Assembly (NCBI GenBank): GCA_046754465.1
Contig: JBHHVU010000004.1
Location: forward strand, 1 to 64,000
DNA from: Nitrospinaceae bacterium
GTDB taxonomy: Bacteria > Nitrospinota > Nitrospinia > Nitrospinales > VA-1
Reading direction: 5' to 3'
Length of the DNA stretch: 64,000 bases
Shown one piece after another: positions 8,572-18,687 of this stretch. Under the pieces are notes generated by a model. It was given only the letters and a program-made list of their open reading frames with translations, was not told the origin of the DNA and did not search any database. Every line of letters begins with the position of its first letter. The stretch's first letter is position 1. The position numbers were made by a program, and so were the translations under genes.

Positions 8572-11499
8572 ATGAGTTTTGAAATTGACCAGACATTCCA
8601 CGGGTTCAAATTGGTAAAAAAGGAATTCATCGGGGAGATCCAATCCCTGGCCCTGCAGTTCAAGCACGAGGGAACCGGCGCCGAGGTGCTGATCCTGGAA
8701 AACGATGATGACAATAAAGTGTTCAGCATTACCTTCCGTACGCCCCCGGAGAACGACCGCGGGGTGGCCCATATCCTGGAACACAGTGTTCTGTGCGGGT
8801 CCAAGAAGTATCCCGTGAAAGAGCCTTTCATGGAACTCGTGAAGGGGAGCCTGCAAACTTTTCTGAACGCCATGACGTTCCCCGATAAGACCATGTTTCC
8901 CGTCGCCAGCCGGAACCCCAAGGACCTGAAAAACCTGATGAGCGTTTATCTGGACGCGGTGTTTTATCCCCGGATCACCGAGGAAATTTTCATGCAGGAG
9001 GGATGGCATCACGAACTGGAGGCGCCAGAGAAGGAGATTGTTTACAAGGGAGTGGTTTTTAATGAAATGAAGGGCGTGTTTTCCAGTCCGGAGAACCTCA
9101 TCGACCGGCATCTGGACCATTCCCTTTTTCCCCGGACCGCTTACGGGTACGAGTCTGGGGGCGACCCGGAGGCCATCCCCGATCTGACCTACGAGGAGTT
9201 CAAGGCGTTTCATCGCAGGTATTATCATCCGTCCAACAGCCGGATATTCTTTTACGGCGACGGTGACACGCGGGAATACCTCCAGTTTCTCCAGGAAAAT
9301 TATCTGAAGGATTTCGATCGGGCGGAAGTGGATTCCACCATCCATTTCCAGAGGAAATTCAGAAAACCCAAGCGCCGGGTCATTCATTATCCCGTCTCCA
9401 GGGAGGAGTCCCTGGAAAAGAAAACCTTCGTGATCACCGGACTCAAACTCGGCAAATCGGTCGATTACGAGCATTGCCTGGGCTTCAATATATTAAGCCA
9501 TCTTCTATTGGGGACCTCCGCATCGCCCCTGCGCAAGGCATTGATGGATTCCGAACTCGGGAGTGAAATCATCGGCGGGGGGTTTGACGATCATCGGGCG
9601 GAAACCATTTTTTCCGTGGGATTGAAAGGGACGGAGCCGGAACACGAACAGAAAATCATCGATCTGATCTTTTCCACCCTGAGCGGGCTGGTGGAAAACG
9701 GGATCGAGGCGGATATGGTGGAATCCGCCGTCAACTCGTTCGATTTCAAGCTCCGGGAAGCCAATTTCGGCGGTTTTGCCAAGGGGATCGTCTACAACAT
9801 TCAGGCCTTGGGATCGTGGTTGTACGATGCCGACCCCACCATGCACCTGAAATACGAAAAGCTCATGGGCAAGATCAAGAAGAGATCCAAACAGGGTTAC
9901 TTTGAAAAATTGATCCGGCGCTATCTTTTGGACAACAATCACCAGAGCGTTCTGGTTGCGATTCCCAAGCCCGGGCTGGCTAAAAAACAGGAAAGCCGAA
10001 TCCGGAAAAAACTTAGAATCCTGAAAACCTCCCTGCCCCCGGAAGAACTGGAACGAATGGCCCAACGGACGCGTGTTCTGCAGGAACTGCAAATGACGCC
10101 GGACCCTCCCGAAGCCCTTGCCACCCTTCCCACCCTGGGAATCGAGGACATCCGGCGCGAGGCCGAGGAATATCCCCTGGAAATCAAAAACGGACAGGCC
10201 TCTAAAATCCTGTTCCATGACCTGTTTACCAACCACATCCTATATATCCAGATCGGGTTCAACACCCATACCGTGCCACGGGAGAGGATCCAGTACCTGC
10301 CCCTTCTGGGGAAGTTGATCCTGGGCATGGGAACCCGCCGGCACGACTACGTGGAAATATCCAAGATGCTGGGGATCCATACGGGAGGGATTCGTCCCTG
10401 GCACTTTACGTCCGCTCCGGTTCAAGATCGGAAAAAGATTCTCTCCTACATCTTTTTCAGCGGCAAGGCCCTCATGGAGAAAGTGGATTCCCTGTTCGAT
10501 ATTTATGCCGAGTTGTTCGGGGAATATAATTTCGACAACCACAAACGTCTGGTGGAAATCATTCGCAGCGCCAGGGCGGATATGGAAGATTCCATCATCC
10601 CCCACGGCAACCAGTATGTTCTGTCGCGGCTGCAGTCTTACCAGTCCCGATTGGGAAGGTATGACGAACTCACCGACGGAATCACCTATTTCCGGTTCCT
10701 CGATGAGTTGTTGAAACGGGCGGAGACCGATCCGGAAGAGGTCGCTGAAACCTTTCGGCAGGTTGCCCGGCTTTTATTTACCAGGGAAAATGTCCTTTAC
10801 AACGTAACGCTGGAGGGGAAGGACTATCCCGCGGTTGAAAAACGGATTCCCGGGCTGATGCAGGTATTGTCCGGCGAATCCCGGAAACCGGTTGATCTGG
10901 ACCTGGCCCCGGTTCCCGCCAACGAAGCTTTTCTTACCGCGAGTACGGTGCAATACGTGGGCAAGGGCGCCAATCTCTATGACCTCGGGTTCGAGTACCG
11001 GGGCAGTTTTTATGCCCTGAAATCCCTGCTCAGCACCGGGTTTTTGTGGGAAAAGGTGCGGATGCAGGGCGGCGCCTATGGCAGCATGAACGCGTTTGAT
11101 TTTTATACAGGCGATTTTGGGTTTGTCTCTTACCGAGATCCCAATTTGACCGAAACCCTGGCCGTTTATGATCAGATCGCCGATTATCTGGCCCAGCTGG
11201 ACATTTCCAACGAGGCATTGAAAAAGATCATCATCGGGTGTGTCGGTCAACTCGACCCGCCCCTGACACCGGACAGAATTGGCTCGGTCTCCATGGTCGA
11301 ACATTTGACGGGGCGGACCCATGCGCTCAAGCAGAAGTATCGGGATGAACTCCTCGCGACGCGGTTGGAAGACCTCAAATCCTATGCAGCCCTGTTCCGG
11401 AAAGTCCAGGAATCGGGCAAGGTCTGCGTGCTGGGCAACGAGGAAAAGATCAAAAAAGCGAAACCCCTGTTCGACAGACTGGTGCCCGTCTTCAACTGA
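8572..11499 (+). CDS. Insulinase-family M16C metallopeptidase (presequence protease PreP-like)
   Basis: Inverted zinc motif HILEH, FLNAMTFPDKT, GVVFNEMKG, VRMQGGAYG and SYRDP. GAGG RBS before ATG 8572. Confidence 0.93.
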   Translation: MSFEIDQTFHGFKLVKKEFIGEIQSLALQFKHEGTGAEVLILENDDDNKVFSITFRTPPENDRGVAHILEHSVLCGSKKYPVKEPFMELVKGSLQTFLNAMTFPDKTMFPVASRNPKDLKNLMSVYLDAVFYPRITEEIFMQEGWHHELEAPEKEIVYKGVVFNEMKGVFSSPENLIDRHLDHSLFPRTAYGYESGGDPEAIPDLTYEEFKAFHRRYYHPSNSRIFFYGDGDTREYLQFLQENYLKDFDRAEVDSTIHFQRKFRKPKRRVIHYPVSREESLEKKTFVITGLKLGKSVDYEHCLGFNILSHLLLGTSASPLRKALMDSELGSEIIGGGFDDHRAETIFSVGLKGTEPEHEQKIIDLIFSTLSGLVENGIEADMVESAVNSFDFKLREANFGGFAKGIVYNIQALGSWLYDADPTMHLKYEKLMGKIKKRSKQGYFEKLIRRYLLDNNHQSVLVAIPKPGLAKKQESRIRKKLRILKTSLPPEELERMAQRTRVLQELQMTPDPPEALATLPTLGIEDIRREAEEYPLEIKNGQASKILFHDLFTNHILYIQIGFNTHTVPRERIQYLPLLGKLILGMGTRRHDYVEISKMLGIHTGGIRPWHFTSAPVQDRKKILSYIFFSGKALMEKVDSLFDIYAELFGEYNFDNHKRLVEIIRSARADMEDSIIPHGNQYVLSRLQSYQSRLGRYDELTDGITYFRFLDELLKRAETDPEEVAETFRQVARLLFTRENVLYNVTLEGKDYPAVEKRIPGLMQVLSGESRKPVDLDLAPVPANEAFLTASTVQYVGKGANLYDLGFEYRGSFYALKSLLSTGFLWEKVRMQGGAYGSMNAFDFYTGDFGFVSYRDPNLTETLAVYDQIADYLAQLDISNEALKKIIIGCVGQLDPPLTPDRIGSVSMVEHLTGRTHALKQKYRDELLATRLEDLKSYAALFRKVQESGKVCVLGNEEKIKKAKPLFDRLVPVFN

Positions 11500-11539
11500 A
11501 CGCGTTGTTTCCGGTCAAGGAAACCTCCAGGCTCCCGGT

Positions 11540-12121
11540 TTACAGACCGCGGGCGAAATCGAACGCCTTCTGCATGGCCGGCAATTGCCCCAGATCGGGA
11601 ACAATTTCCAGGTAGCGGATCACTCCTTCGCGGTCCAACACCAGCACCGCGCGGGTCAGCAGGCGGTTTTCCTTAATGAGCAGTCCGGTGGCTTTCCCGA
11701 AATCCGCGTCCCGGTAGTCCGAAAGAAAGAGAATGTTTCCGATTTTGGCTTCCTGGGCGAAACGGTTCTGCGCGAACGGCAGGTCCCGGCTGATGGTCAC
11801 CAGGTTGGCCGTTTTGTCGAGTCCGCTGTTTTTCTCACTCAGAATGTGAGTCTGTTTCTCGCAAACGCGGGTGTCCAGGGAAGGGACGGTGCTCAGAATG
11901 GTTACTTTCCCTCTCAGGGATTTCAGGTCGATCCATTTGAGGGACCGGTCCGGGAGCCGGAGTTCCGGCAAGGGTTGACCCACCCGCAAGGTTTCACCCA
12001 TCAGGGTGAGGGGCTGGCCTCCCATGGTCACCCGGGTTGCATCGTCCGCCGCCGCCGGGGAGACCCCGGCGAGGAATCCGCTGAAAGCAATACTCAAAAT
12101 TAAAAATGCGCGTCCAATCAT
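11540..12121 (-). CDS. tpx: Thiol peroxidase (Tpx-type peroxiredoxin) with signal peptide
   Basis: PSLDTRVC (peroxidatic Cys), ISRDLPFAQxRF, LSDYR and RAV. Hydrophobic N-terminus ending AAA. Confidence 0.88.
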   Translation of the reverse strand: MIGRAFLILSIAFSGFLAGVSPAAADDATRVTMGGQPLTLMGETLRVGQPLPELRLPDRSLKWIDLKSLRGKVTILSTVPSLDTRVCEKQTHILSEKNSGLDKTANLVTISRDLPFAQNRFAQEAKIGNILFLSDYRDADFGKATGLLIKENRLLTRAVLVLDREGVIRYLEIVPDLGQLPAMQKAFDFARGL

Positions 12122-12283
12122 GGCCGTGCCTCCTGAAGTCGGATTGAAAATCCGGGAGGATCCCTTGGGGGGTTTCTCCCTCCCCGGGTCCTTCCCGTTG
12201 GTTGTATGATAGTATCAAACGCTGTTTTTCAGGTAAGGCATTAATAAGAAATTTCCCATCGCGGGCGGGGGAAGGTTTTGCCA

Positions 12284-14695
12284 CTAAAGCTCCACCACCG
12301 TGATTCCGTCCCCGCCTTCCAGCTTGCCGCCCGGCCCGAAGGACTTGCACATCCTCGTCGTTTCGAGATATTCGCGAACGAGTTTTTTGATCGTTCCCAT
12401 GCCATGGCCGTGGATGAGGGTTATCCGGTTCAAGTTGTTGACGATGGCCTGGCTGAGGAACTGTTCCATGGCGGCCATCGCCTCGTCCGAGTTCATCCCC
12501 CGCAAATCGCATGAGGTTCGCGCCTCGGATGCGGACTCTGTATGGACCTTGACCTGAAATTTTTTTTCAGGAATGTTTTCCTGGGACTTTCTTTTCACAT
12601 GCCCCTTCAGTTTTTCGGTTTCGATGAGGGTGACCAGGTTGCCCAGTTGAACGCGGACCTTTTTTTTCCCCCGGGGGTTTTCGAGCAAGGTGCCGATGGC
12701 GCCGTACCCGCCCACCAGGACGGGGTCCTTTTCCTTCAGTTGATCCGGCAGGACTTCCCATCCTGAAACGTCCTTCAGGGAGGCGGACGGCGGGGGTTTT
12801 CCCATCGACCGGAGCTGTTTTTCCACCTGGCGGATTTTATGGGGATCCCGGCTTCCCTTGATCTCCTGCATCATTTTACGGATTTCTTTTTTGGCTTCCC
12901 GGATATAGGATTGCAGCCGTTTGGATTTGTTTTTCTGGAACTCCGTTTTTTCCTCGAGCAGTTTTTGGGTGAGGATTCGTTGTTCCTCAGCCAGTTTTTC
13001 GATTTCCTCGCTTCTATTCTGCATGGAAACCTTTTCCCGCTCGACCTGGAGTCTTTGTTCGGTGAGGGATTGCAGGAGGCTTTCGGCGCGGTTGTCCTCG
13101 GTTTCGTGAATTTCCCGGGCCTTTTGAATGATAGCCCGGCCCAATCCCAGCCGTTCGGCGGTATCCAGCGCGGCGCTGTGTCCGGGGGCGCCAAAAATCA
13201 GGCGGTAGGTGGGCGCCATGGAATCGGGGTCGAATTCGGTGCAGGCGTTCTGAAATCCTTCCTGGGTCTGGGCAAGGATTTTCAGGGAGAGGTAGTGGGT
13301 GGAGACGAGGGTCATCACACGTTTGTGTTTCAGTTCGAGCAGGATGGCCTCGGCGAGGGCGGCTCCCTCGAAGGGATCGGTCGCGATTCCCAATTCATCC
13401 AGGAGCACGAGGGATCCCGGTCTCGCGTTGTTGAGAATATGGATGATTTTTTCCAGGTGGGCGGAAAAGGTGGAAAGACTCAACTGGATGTTCTGGTCGT
13501 CCCCGATATCCGCATAGACTTCACTGAAGAACCCCGTTTCGGAACCTTCCGCAACCGGCAGGAACAGGCCCGCCCGGACCATGAGGGACATCAGCCCGAT
13601 GGTCTTGAGAGTGACCGTTTTTCCGCCGGTGTTCGGACCGGAAAGGATGATGACGTGGGTGGAGGCGTCCCAGGCGATATCGTTGGGAACGACCTTCTGG
13701 CCGTTTAAAATCAGTTCGGGATTTCGGGCCTGCAGGAGATTCAGTTTCCCCTCACGGTTCATGGGGCATTTTTTTGCTTTCAGGGCCTGGCCGAGCCGGG
13801 CCTTGGAATGGATGAGGTCCAGCGCGGTCAGGATTTCCAGGTTTTTCAACAACGGTTTTTCATGCCCGTTCGCCCCTCGTGCAAGGGCCTGGAGAATTTT
13901 GTGTTTTTCGTGCTCGACCTGGAGCCGGTTGATCTTCAACTGATTGTTCAGGGGAATGATCGGGGTGGGTTCCATGAACAGGGTTTGACCGCTTCCGGAA
14001 CTGTCGTGAACGATTCCATCGATCCGGGACCGGTACTCGGCGCGGATGGGGATGACGAGACGTTCCTCCCGTTCCGTGAAATACGTTTCCCGGAGGGCAT
14101 CCTTGTAGCCCGAAGAGGCGAAAAGTTTCCCGATTCGGGTTTCCAGCTTTTGTTTCGCCGCCCAAACTTCCCGAATGGCCCGTTTGAGTTCCGGGGTGGC
14201 ATCTTCCTTGATCTCGCCCTCATCACCGATACAGCGCTCCAATTCCTTGAGGAAGGGCGGGAGCGGGTCGAGGCCCTGACCGTGGGTTTGGAGCAGGGCG
14301 CAATCGGTTCTTTTTTCCAGATTCCGGCGGACCGCGCCGCACAGGCGCAACAGTTTTAACAGCTTAAGTCCTTGTACGGGTTCGATGATATGATTTTCCC
14401 GTGCCGCTTGCAGGATGGGACGGATGTCATCAAAACGATCCAGGGGAAAACTTTCCCCCGATTCCAGGAGGGCGGTCATTTCCGCGGTTTCATCGAGCGC
14501 CCGTTGAGACCGGTCGAAATCGGACTCGGGCAGAAGCGCATGGCAGCGGGCGGCGGTGACCGGAGAACACGTCCGATCCGCCAGGGCCTTTTGGATCAGC
14601 TCCCATCCCAGGAGAAACTTGGATTTTTCGAGGAGTTGGGATTTACCCGGCCGCGAAGGGGCCGGCTGGGATTCATGGTTGGGCGAGGAAGGCAA
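12284..14695 (-). CDS. mutS2: Endonuclease MutS2
   Basis: SGPNTGGKT Walker A, DIGDDQ..LSTFSAH, LLDELG, coiled coil, and C-terminal Smr domain (DLRG...IHGHGMG). Exact start uncertain. Confidence 0.93.
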   Translation of the reverse strand: MPSSPNHESQPAPSRPGKSQLLEKSKFLLGWELIQKALADRTCSPVTAARCHALLPESDFDRSQRALDETAEMTALLESGESFPLDRFDDIRPILQAARENHIIEPVQGLKLLKLLRLCGAVRRNLEKRTDCALLQTHGQGLDPLPPFLKELERCIGDEGEIKEDATPELKRAIREVWAAKQKLETRIGKLFASSGYKDALRETYFTEREERLVIPIRAEYRSRIDGIVHDSSGSGQTLFMEPTPIIPLNNQLKINRLQVEHEKHKILQALARGANGHEKPLLKNLEILTALDLIHSKARLGQALKAKKCPMNREGKLNLLQARNPELILNGQKVVPNDIAWDASTHVIILSGPNTGGKTVTLKTIGLMSLMVRAGLFLPVAEGSETGFFSEVYADIGDDQNIQLSLSTFSAHLEKIIHILNNARPGSLVLLDELGIATDPFEGAALAEAILLELKHKRVMTLVSTHYLSLKILAQTQEGFQNACTEFDPDSMAPTYRLIFGAPGHSAALDTAERLGLGRAIIQKAREIHETEDNRAESLLQSLTEQRLQVEREKVSMQNRSEEIEKLAEEQRILTQKLLEEKTEFQKNKSKRLQSYIREAKKEIRKMMQEIKGSRDPHKIRQVEKQLRSMGKPPPSASLKDVSGWEVLPDQLKEKDPVLVGGYGAIGTLLENPRGKKKVRVQLGNLVTLIETEKLKGHVKRKSQENIPEKKFQVKVHTESASEARTSCDLRGMNSDEAMAAMEQFLSQAIVNNLNRITLIHGHGMGTIKKLVREYLETTRMCKSFGPGGKLEGGDGITVVEL

Positions 14696-16022
14696 AGGTT
14701 TTTTCCATCGAAATGGTTACTTTGGCATCGAACAGCAAATTGGGATCCCGGGAGGTTTTGAAACTGCGCAACAGAACGTTCAAATCTTTTTTGACCTTAT
14801 GGTTGAACCTTAATTGCTTCTCCTCGGGCACCATTTTGGTTTTTTCCTCACGGAGATTTTGCGTGGTAATCCGGACGGGCTGGTTGAAATCGATCATTCC
14901 CGAATTGAGAAATATTTCGAACTCAAGCATGTTGTTTCCCATCACGGTGAACTCGTTGGGATCGGTCCGGAAGGCGAAAAGAGTCGCGATTTTTCCATCG
15001 CGGATGCGGGTTCGTTCCTTTTCCGGTCCGGGAATCTGCAGGGCGGCCATTTGGACTCCCTTGGCCAACCGGACCCAGTTGATGCGGCCGAGGTGGTTGG
15101 CTTCCCGCGTCATCCGCACCACCCGGGGAAGGGGATCGCGCTTCTGTTTTTTTATCCATTCCACCAGCGGGCCGACTTCCTCTTTCGGCAGGAAGTGCCC
15201 TCCGTGAGCGGTGCCTGTTTTGTCGTGTTCGCGGTAAACCACGGGATATTTCATGTCGGTGAGGATCTTGTGAACCCGCCGGCTGAGCTGGATGGGGAAT
15301 ATCGGATCATACACTCCCTGGATAATATATATGGGAGTGTTCTTGAGATTGACGAGGAAATGCATGTACCGGGGAGTGATTCCGCTGGCGATGGGCACGA
15401 TGCCGGCAAACAAGTCCGGATTAAACATTCCGATCATGTAGGCGCCGATGGCGCCGTTGGAGACACCTACCAGAAAAACGCGATTGAGGTCGACGGGATA
15501 AGCGGACTGGACGGTTTGCACCAGCTTGAGGACGAGGTCCTCCGCCCGTTGCGCCCACCATGCGCCCATGGGATAAGTGGGACAAAGCACGATAAATTCC
15601 CGGGAAAGCCGTTTCACCCAAGGCTCGAGGATGCTATCGCCGGTTCCTCCCATACCGTGTAAAACCACAACCAGAGGTAAGGCATCCCCCGGTTTGGCGG
15701 ATTCCGGAACAAAAAGCGCGTAGGGATATTTTTCGCCATCCGCCTCGATTTCCAGACCGTGTAACATGCCCACGGGGCCCCCTTGGACCTTGGCGATATC
15801 GAGCAAAATGGTTTTTACGGTTTCGACGGGAACCTGGAGGCGTTTCAGCCGGTTCAGAACCTGCGCTTCCACGATAGGATCGCTGGTGGAAAGAAAAAGA
15901 CCCACATCCAATTTCGTCTGCGAAAGAATGTCGCCGGAAATCCGGGAGGGTGGAGCGGTTTCCTTCAAGGGCGCGCACGCAAGGGTGGAGACCAGGCTAA
16001 TAAATACGATAACGTATTTCAT
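14673..16022 (-). CDS. Lipoprotein alpha/beta hydrolase (esterase / PHB-depolymerase-like)
   Basis: Lipobox STLAC, LVVVLHGMGG, nucleophile elbow GVSNG, QGxxD and GH. Confidence 0.75.
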   Translation of the reverse strand: MKYVIVFISLVSTLACAPLKETAPPSRISGDILSQTKLDVGLFLSTSDPIVEAQVLNRLKRLQVPVETVKTILLDIAKVQGGPVGMLHGLEIEADGEKYPYALFVPESAKPGDALPLVVVLHGMGGTGDSILEPWVKRLSREFIVLCPTYPMGAWWAQRAEDLVLKLVQTVQSAYPVDLNRVFLVGVSNGAIGAYMIGMFNPDLFAGIVPIASGITPRYMHFLVNLKNTPIYIIQGVYDPIFPIQLSRRVHKILTDMKYPVVYREHDKTGTAHGGHFLPKEEVGPLVEWIKKQKRDPLPRVVRMTREANHLGRINWVRLAKGVQMAALQIPGPEKERTRIRDGKIATLFAFRTDPNEFTVMGNNMLEFEIFLNSGMIDFNQPVRITTQNLREEKTKMVPEEKQLRFNHKVKKDLNVLLRSFKTSRDPNLLFDAKVTISMEKTFAFLAQP

Positions 16023-16227
16023 ATCCTAGACCTTATATGAATTCGGAATTAATGTAAAGTTGAACCGGAAGAGCCTTTTCCGGGTCGATATGTTCGCGGC
16101 GAATCCCCCAGGAAAAATTGCTTTCAGGATCCAGTGTTGCAAGGGGGATGGGTGGACAACGCACGGAGGATTGCGTAATATCGACCTCGGCTGTTTCAGC
16201 AAACCTCCAAAATGTCAAAGGGATGTG

Positions 16228-16980
16228 ATGACTAAAACGAAAAAGAACTTGCCTGGAAAACGGAGCCGTCCGGGCGCCCTGGTGTTGGGGAAAGTCCGAA
16301 ACCAGGGGCACCATCCGTTTGGAATTTCTCTGGTCTTCCGTTGCCGAAAAAATGGATACGACTTTTTAGGACAGATTCGGATTCAGTCCGGCGAACCGGC
16401 GGTACGGATGGAAATTTTCAATCGGAATTATTTTTTGCATTTTGACGAGGGAGAGGAAAAGGTGAGGGAGTCCCTGGAAACTCTCCTGCTTCTTCGGCTT
16501 TTGAGTCACGGACAGCTCCCGGCGGATGGCCGGTCCCTGATCCAGAATCTGCTGGAAGCGAAGACATGTTCCAGCCCTTTGGCGGAGAGGGGGGACGATC
16601 AAAGGGGTAAAGGTCTGGATCTGGAGGAAATTTACACCCGGCTGAACTCCCGGTATTTTGACGGCAAGGTGAAGGCGAAAGTGGTTTGGGGAAGAAACAG
16701 CAAAACGCCCAATCGAAGGACGTTCCGGTTCGGGTCCTACGATCCATCAAAGAAGCTGATTCGCATTCACCCGCGATTGAACCAGGATTTTGTTCCCCTT
16801 TCGGTCGTTGAGTTGACGATTTACCATGAGATGTGCCACCAATGGCTTCCGTCGGTCAAAAAAAATGGAATGTGGCAGTCCCACCATGCGAAATTCAAGA
16901 AGAAGGAGAGGGAGTATCACGATTATGGGGCAGCCCGGGGATGGGAAAAACAAAACTGGCAAAAACTTCTGAAACCCTGA
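16228..16980 (+). CDS. SprT-like zinc metallopeptidase domain protein
   Basis: LNSRYF, FGSYD, IRIHPRL, YHEMCH (HExxH) and HHAKFK. Start placed at ATG 16228; the ORF-track extension to 16060 looks non-coding. Confidence 0.72.
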   Translation: MTKTKKNLPGKRSRPGALVLGKVRNQGHHPFGISLVFRCRKNGYDFLGQIRIQSGEPAVRMEIFNRNYFLHFDEGEEKVRESLETLLLLRLLSHGQLPADGRSLIQNLLEAKTCSSPLAERGDDQRGKGLDLEEIYTRLNSRYFDGKVKAKVVWGRNSKTPNRRTFRFGSYDPSKKLIRIHPRLNQDFVPLSVVELTIYHEMCHQWLPSVKKNGMWQSHHAKFKKKEREYHDYGAARGWEKQNWQKLLKP

Positions 16981-16991
16981 AAACAAAATTT

Positions 16992-18641
16992 TCAGAAGGA
17001 ATGATTCCGGGGCAGCATGAAGAAAAAGGTACTCCCCTTTCCCAATTCACTGGTGACACCCACTTCCCCTCCATGAAGATAGGCCAGTTTTTGGACAATG
17101 GCGAGTCCCAGTCCGGTGGATTTCTCTCCGCCTGTGGGTTTGGCGGTCAGGGTTTGAAATTCTCCGAACAGGAGTTTTTGATCTTCCCCGGAAATTCCCG
17201 GCCCTTCATCCTTCACTGAAAACCGGACATGGTCATTTTCCAATTTTGTGGAAACGTAAATACGGGTGTTCGGCGGGGAGAATTTAATCGCATTCCCCAT
17301 GAAATTGCCAATAATCTGGATCATGGCATTTTTATCGCAATACAAGGGAGGAATATTTCCGGAATCGAACTGAATTTCGATATTCTTTTTTTTAGCAAGG
17401 TACCTGTAAAACTCGACCTGACTTTCGACAAGGCTGTTGAAATCCTCCTCTTTTTTATCCAGGTCAATTTTTCCGCTCTCGATTTTGGAAATGTCCAAAA
17501 GGTTATTGAGAAGGGCACTCATGAATTCACTGGAACGGAAGATCTTTTCCATGATTCGGATTTGATCCTGGTTCAACGGACCGAAGGTGCCGTCCTTCAG
17601 AATTTCGCTGTAAGAGAGAATCAGGTGGAGGGGATTTCGCAGGTCGTGGGAGGCGATGCCCAGGAATTTGTTCTTGAGGTCGTTCAATTCCACCAATTTT
17701 TTGTTGGCGGCGGCCAACGCTTTATTTTGCTCCTGCATTTTTTCTTCCGCGCGTTTGTGCTCGATGGCATCGGCGATCAAACCCCCTATGGAAAGCAGGA
17801 TCTCCTGGCTCCGTTCATACCACGGCGGATCTTCGTCGGTATACAGAAACAGGACGCCGATCAGTTTGTTCCGGCTTTTCAGTGGAACAATGTAATGACC
17901 GTGAGCGGTCATATCCTTAAAGGTTCTGTTGTGGCGGCCGTCGGTAAAACAGCTGTTGCTCACCAGCATTTCTCCCGACTCCGCCGCGCGTCCACAGAGG
18001 CAGTCCCCAAAGGGAATTTCCTTTTCCCTTTCCATGAACTCCTCGGAGAATTTTCCGATCGTGGTGAAAAGGCGCAACACCTTATTCTCTTCATCGGCCA
18101 GGAAAATTCCCGCTTTATATTCCACCTGGAGTTCTTTGAATTGGGTCAGTGCCACCAGGGCGCCGTTCAACGTGGCTTTCATGCTTTCCGTTTTGTGCAG
18201 CTCCTGTGCCACTTGGTGCAGGACTTTGTATTCCTCGGTGACCAGCCGGGTTATTTCATCTGGCTCGGTTCCATTGGACACTTCCCGCTGGACAGCCACA
18301 TAACTGAGGACTCTTCCCTGATCATTCCAGATGGGGGAAATGGTCAATCCGGCGGAATAGGTTGAGCCATCCTTGCGTTTGTTGATCGTCCTGCCTCTCC
18401 AGACGTTACCCGCCAACAGGGTATCCCACATGGCCTTGTACAATTCGGGTGGGTTCTGGCCGCTTTTCAGAATACGGGGGTTTTGGCCCAGTGCTTCTTC
18501 CTTGGGATACCCGGTGATCTTTTCGAACGCTGGGTTGACGTAGGTGATGGTTCCACCGGGATCCGTAATGATCACGGCTTCCGCGAGGGCTTCCATGGCC
18601 TTCGATAATTTTTCACTTTTAAACAGATCCAGGTCTTCCAT
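16992..18641 (-). CDS. PAS-GAF sensor histidine kinase (cytoplasmic)
   Basis: PAS (YVNPAFEKITGY...NKRKDG), GAF, H-box ASHDLRNPL, NAIKF, DEGPGI and GLGLAI. Confidence 0.92.
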   Translation of the reverse strand: MEDLDLFKSEKLSKAMEALAEAVIITDPGGTITYVNPAFEKITGYPKEEALGQNPRILKSGQNPPELYKAMWDTLLAGNVWRGRTINKRKDGSTYSAGLTISPIWNDQGRVLSYVAVQREVSNGTEPDEITRLVTEEYKVLHQVAQELHKTESMKATLNGALVALTQFKELQVEYKAGIFLADEENKVLRLFTTIGKFSEEFMEREKEIPFGDCLCGRAAESGEMLVSNSCFTDGRHNRTFKDMTAHGHYIVPLKSRNKLIGVLFLYTDEDPPWYERSQEILLSIGGLIADAIEHKRAEEKMQEQNKALAAANKKLVELNDLKNKFLGIASHDLRNPLHLILSYSEILKDGTFGPLNQDQIRIMEKIFRSSEFMSALLNNLLDISKIESGKIDLDKKEEDFNSLVESQVEFYRYLAKKKNIEIQFDSGNIPPLYCDKNAMIQIIGNFMGNAIKFSPPNTRIYVSTKLENDHVRFSVKDEGPGISGEDQKLLFGEFQTLTAKPTGGEKSTGLGLAIVQKLAYLHGGEVGVTSELGKGSTFFFMLPRNHSF

Positions 18642-18687
18642 TCATGGGTCCCTTCATTTATCCGGGTCGAGGTTTGTTTGCCGGTAA

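Noticed and set aside
7933..9474. Long antisense ORFs (also 27743-29122, 17229-18365, 3255-4364 and others)
   Set aside because: They are shadows of well-supported opposite-strand genes in GC-rich DNA and carry no recognisable motifs.
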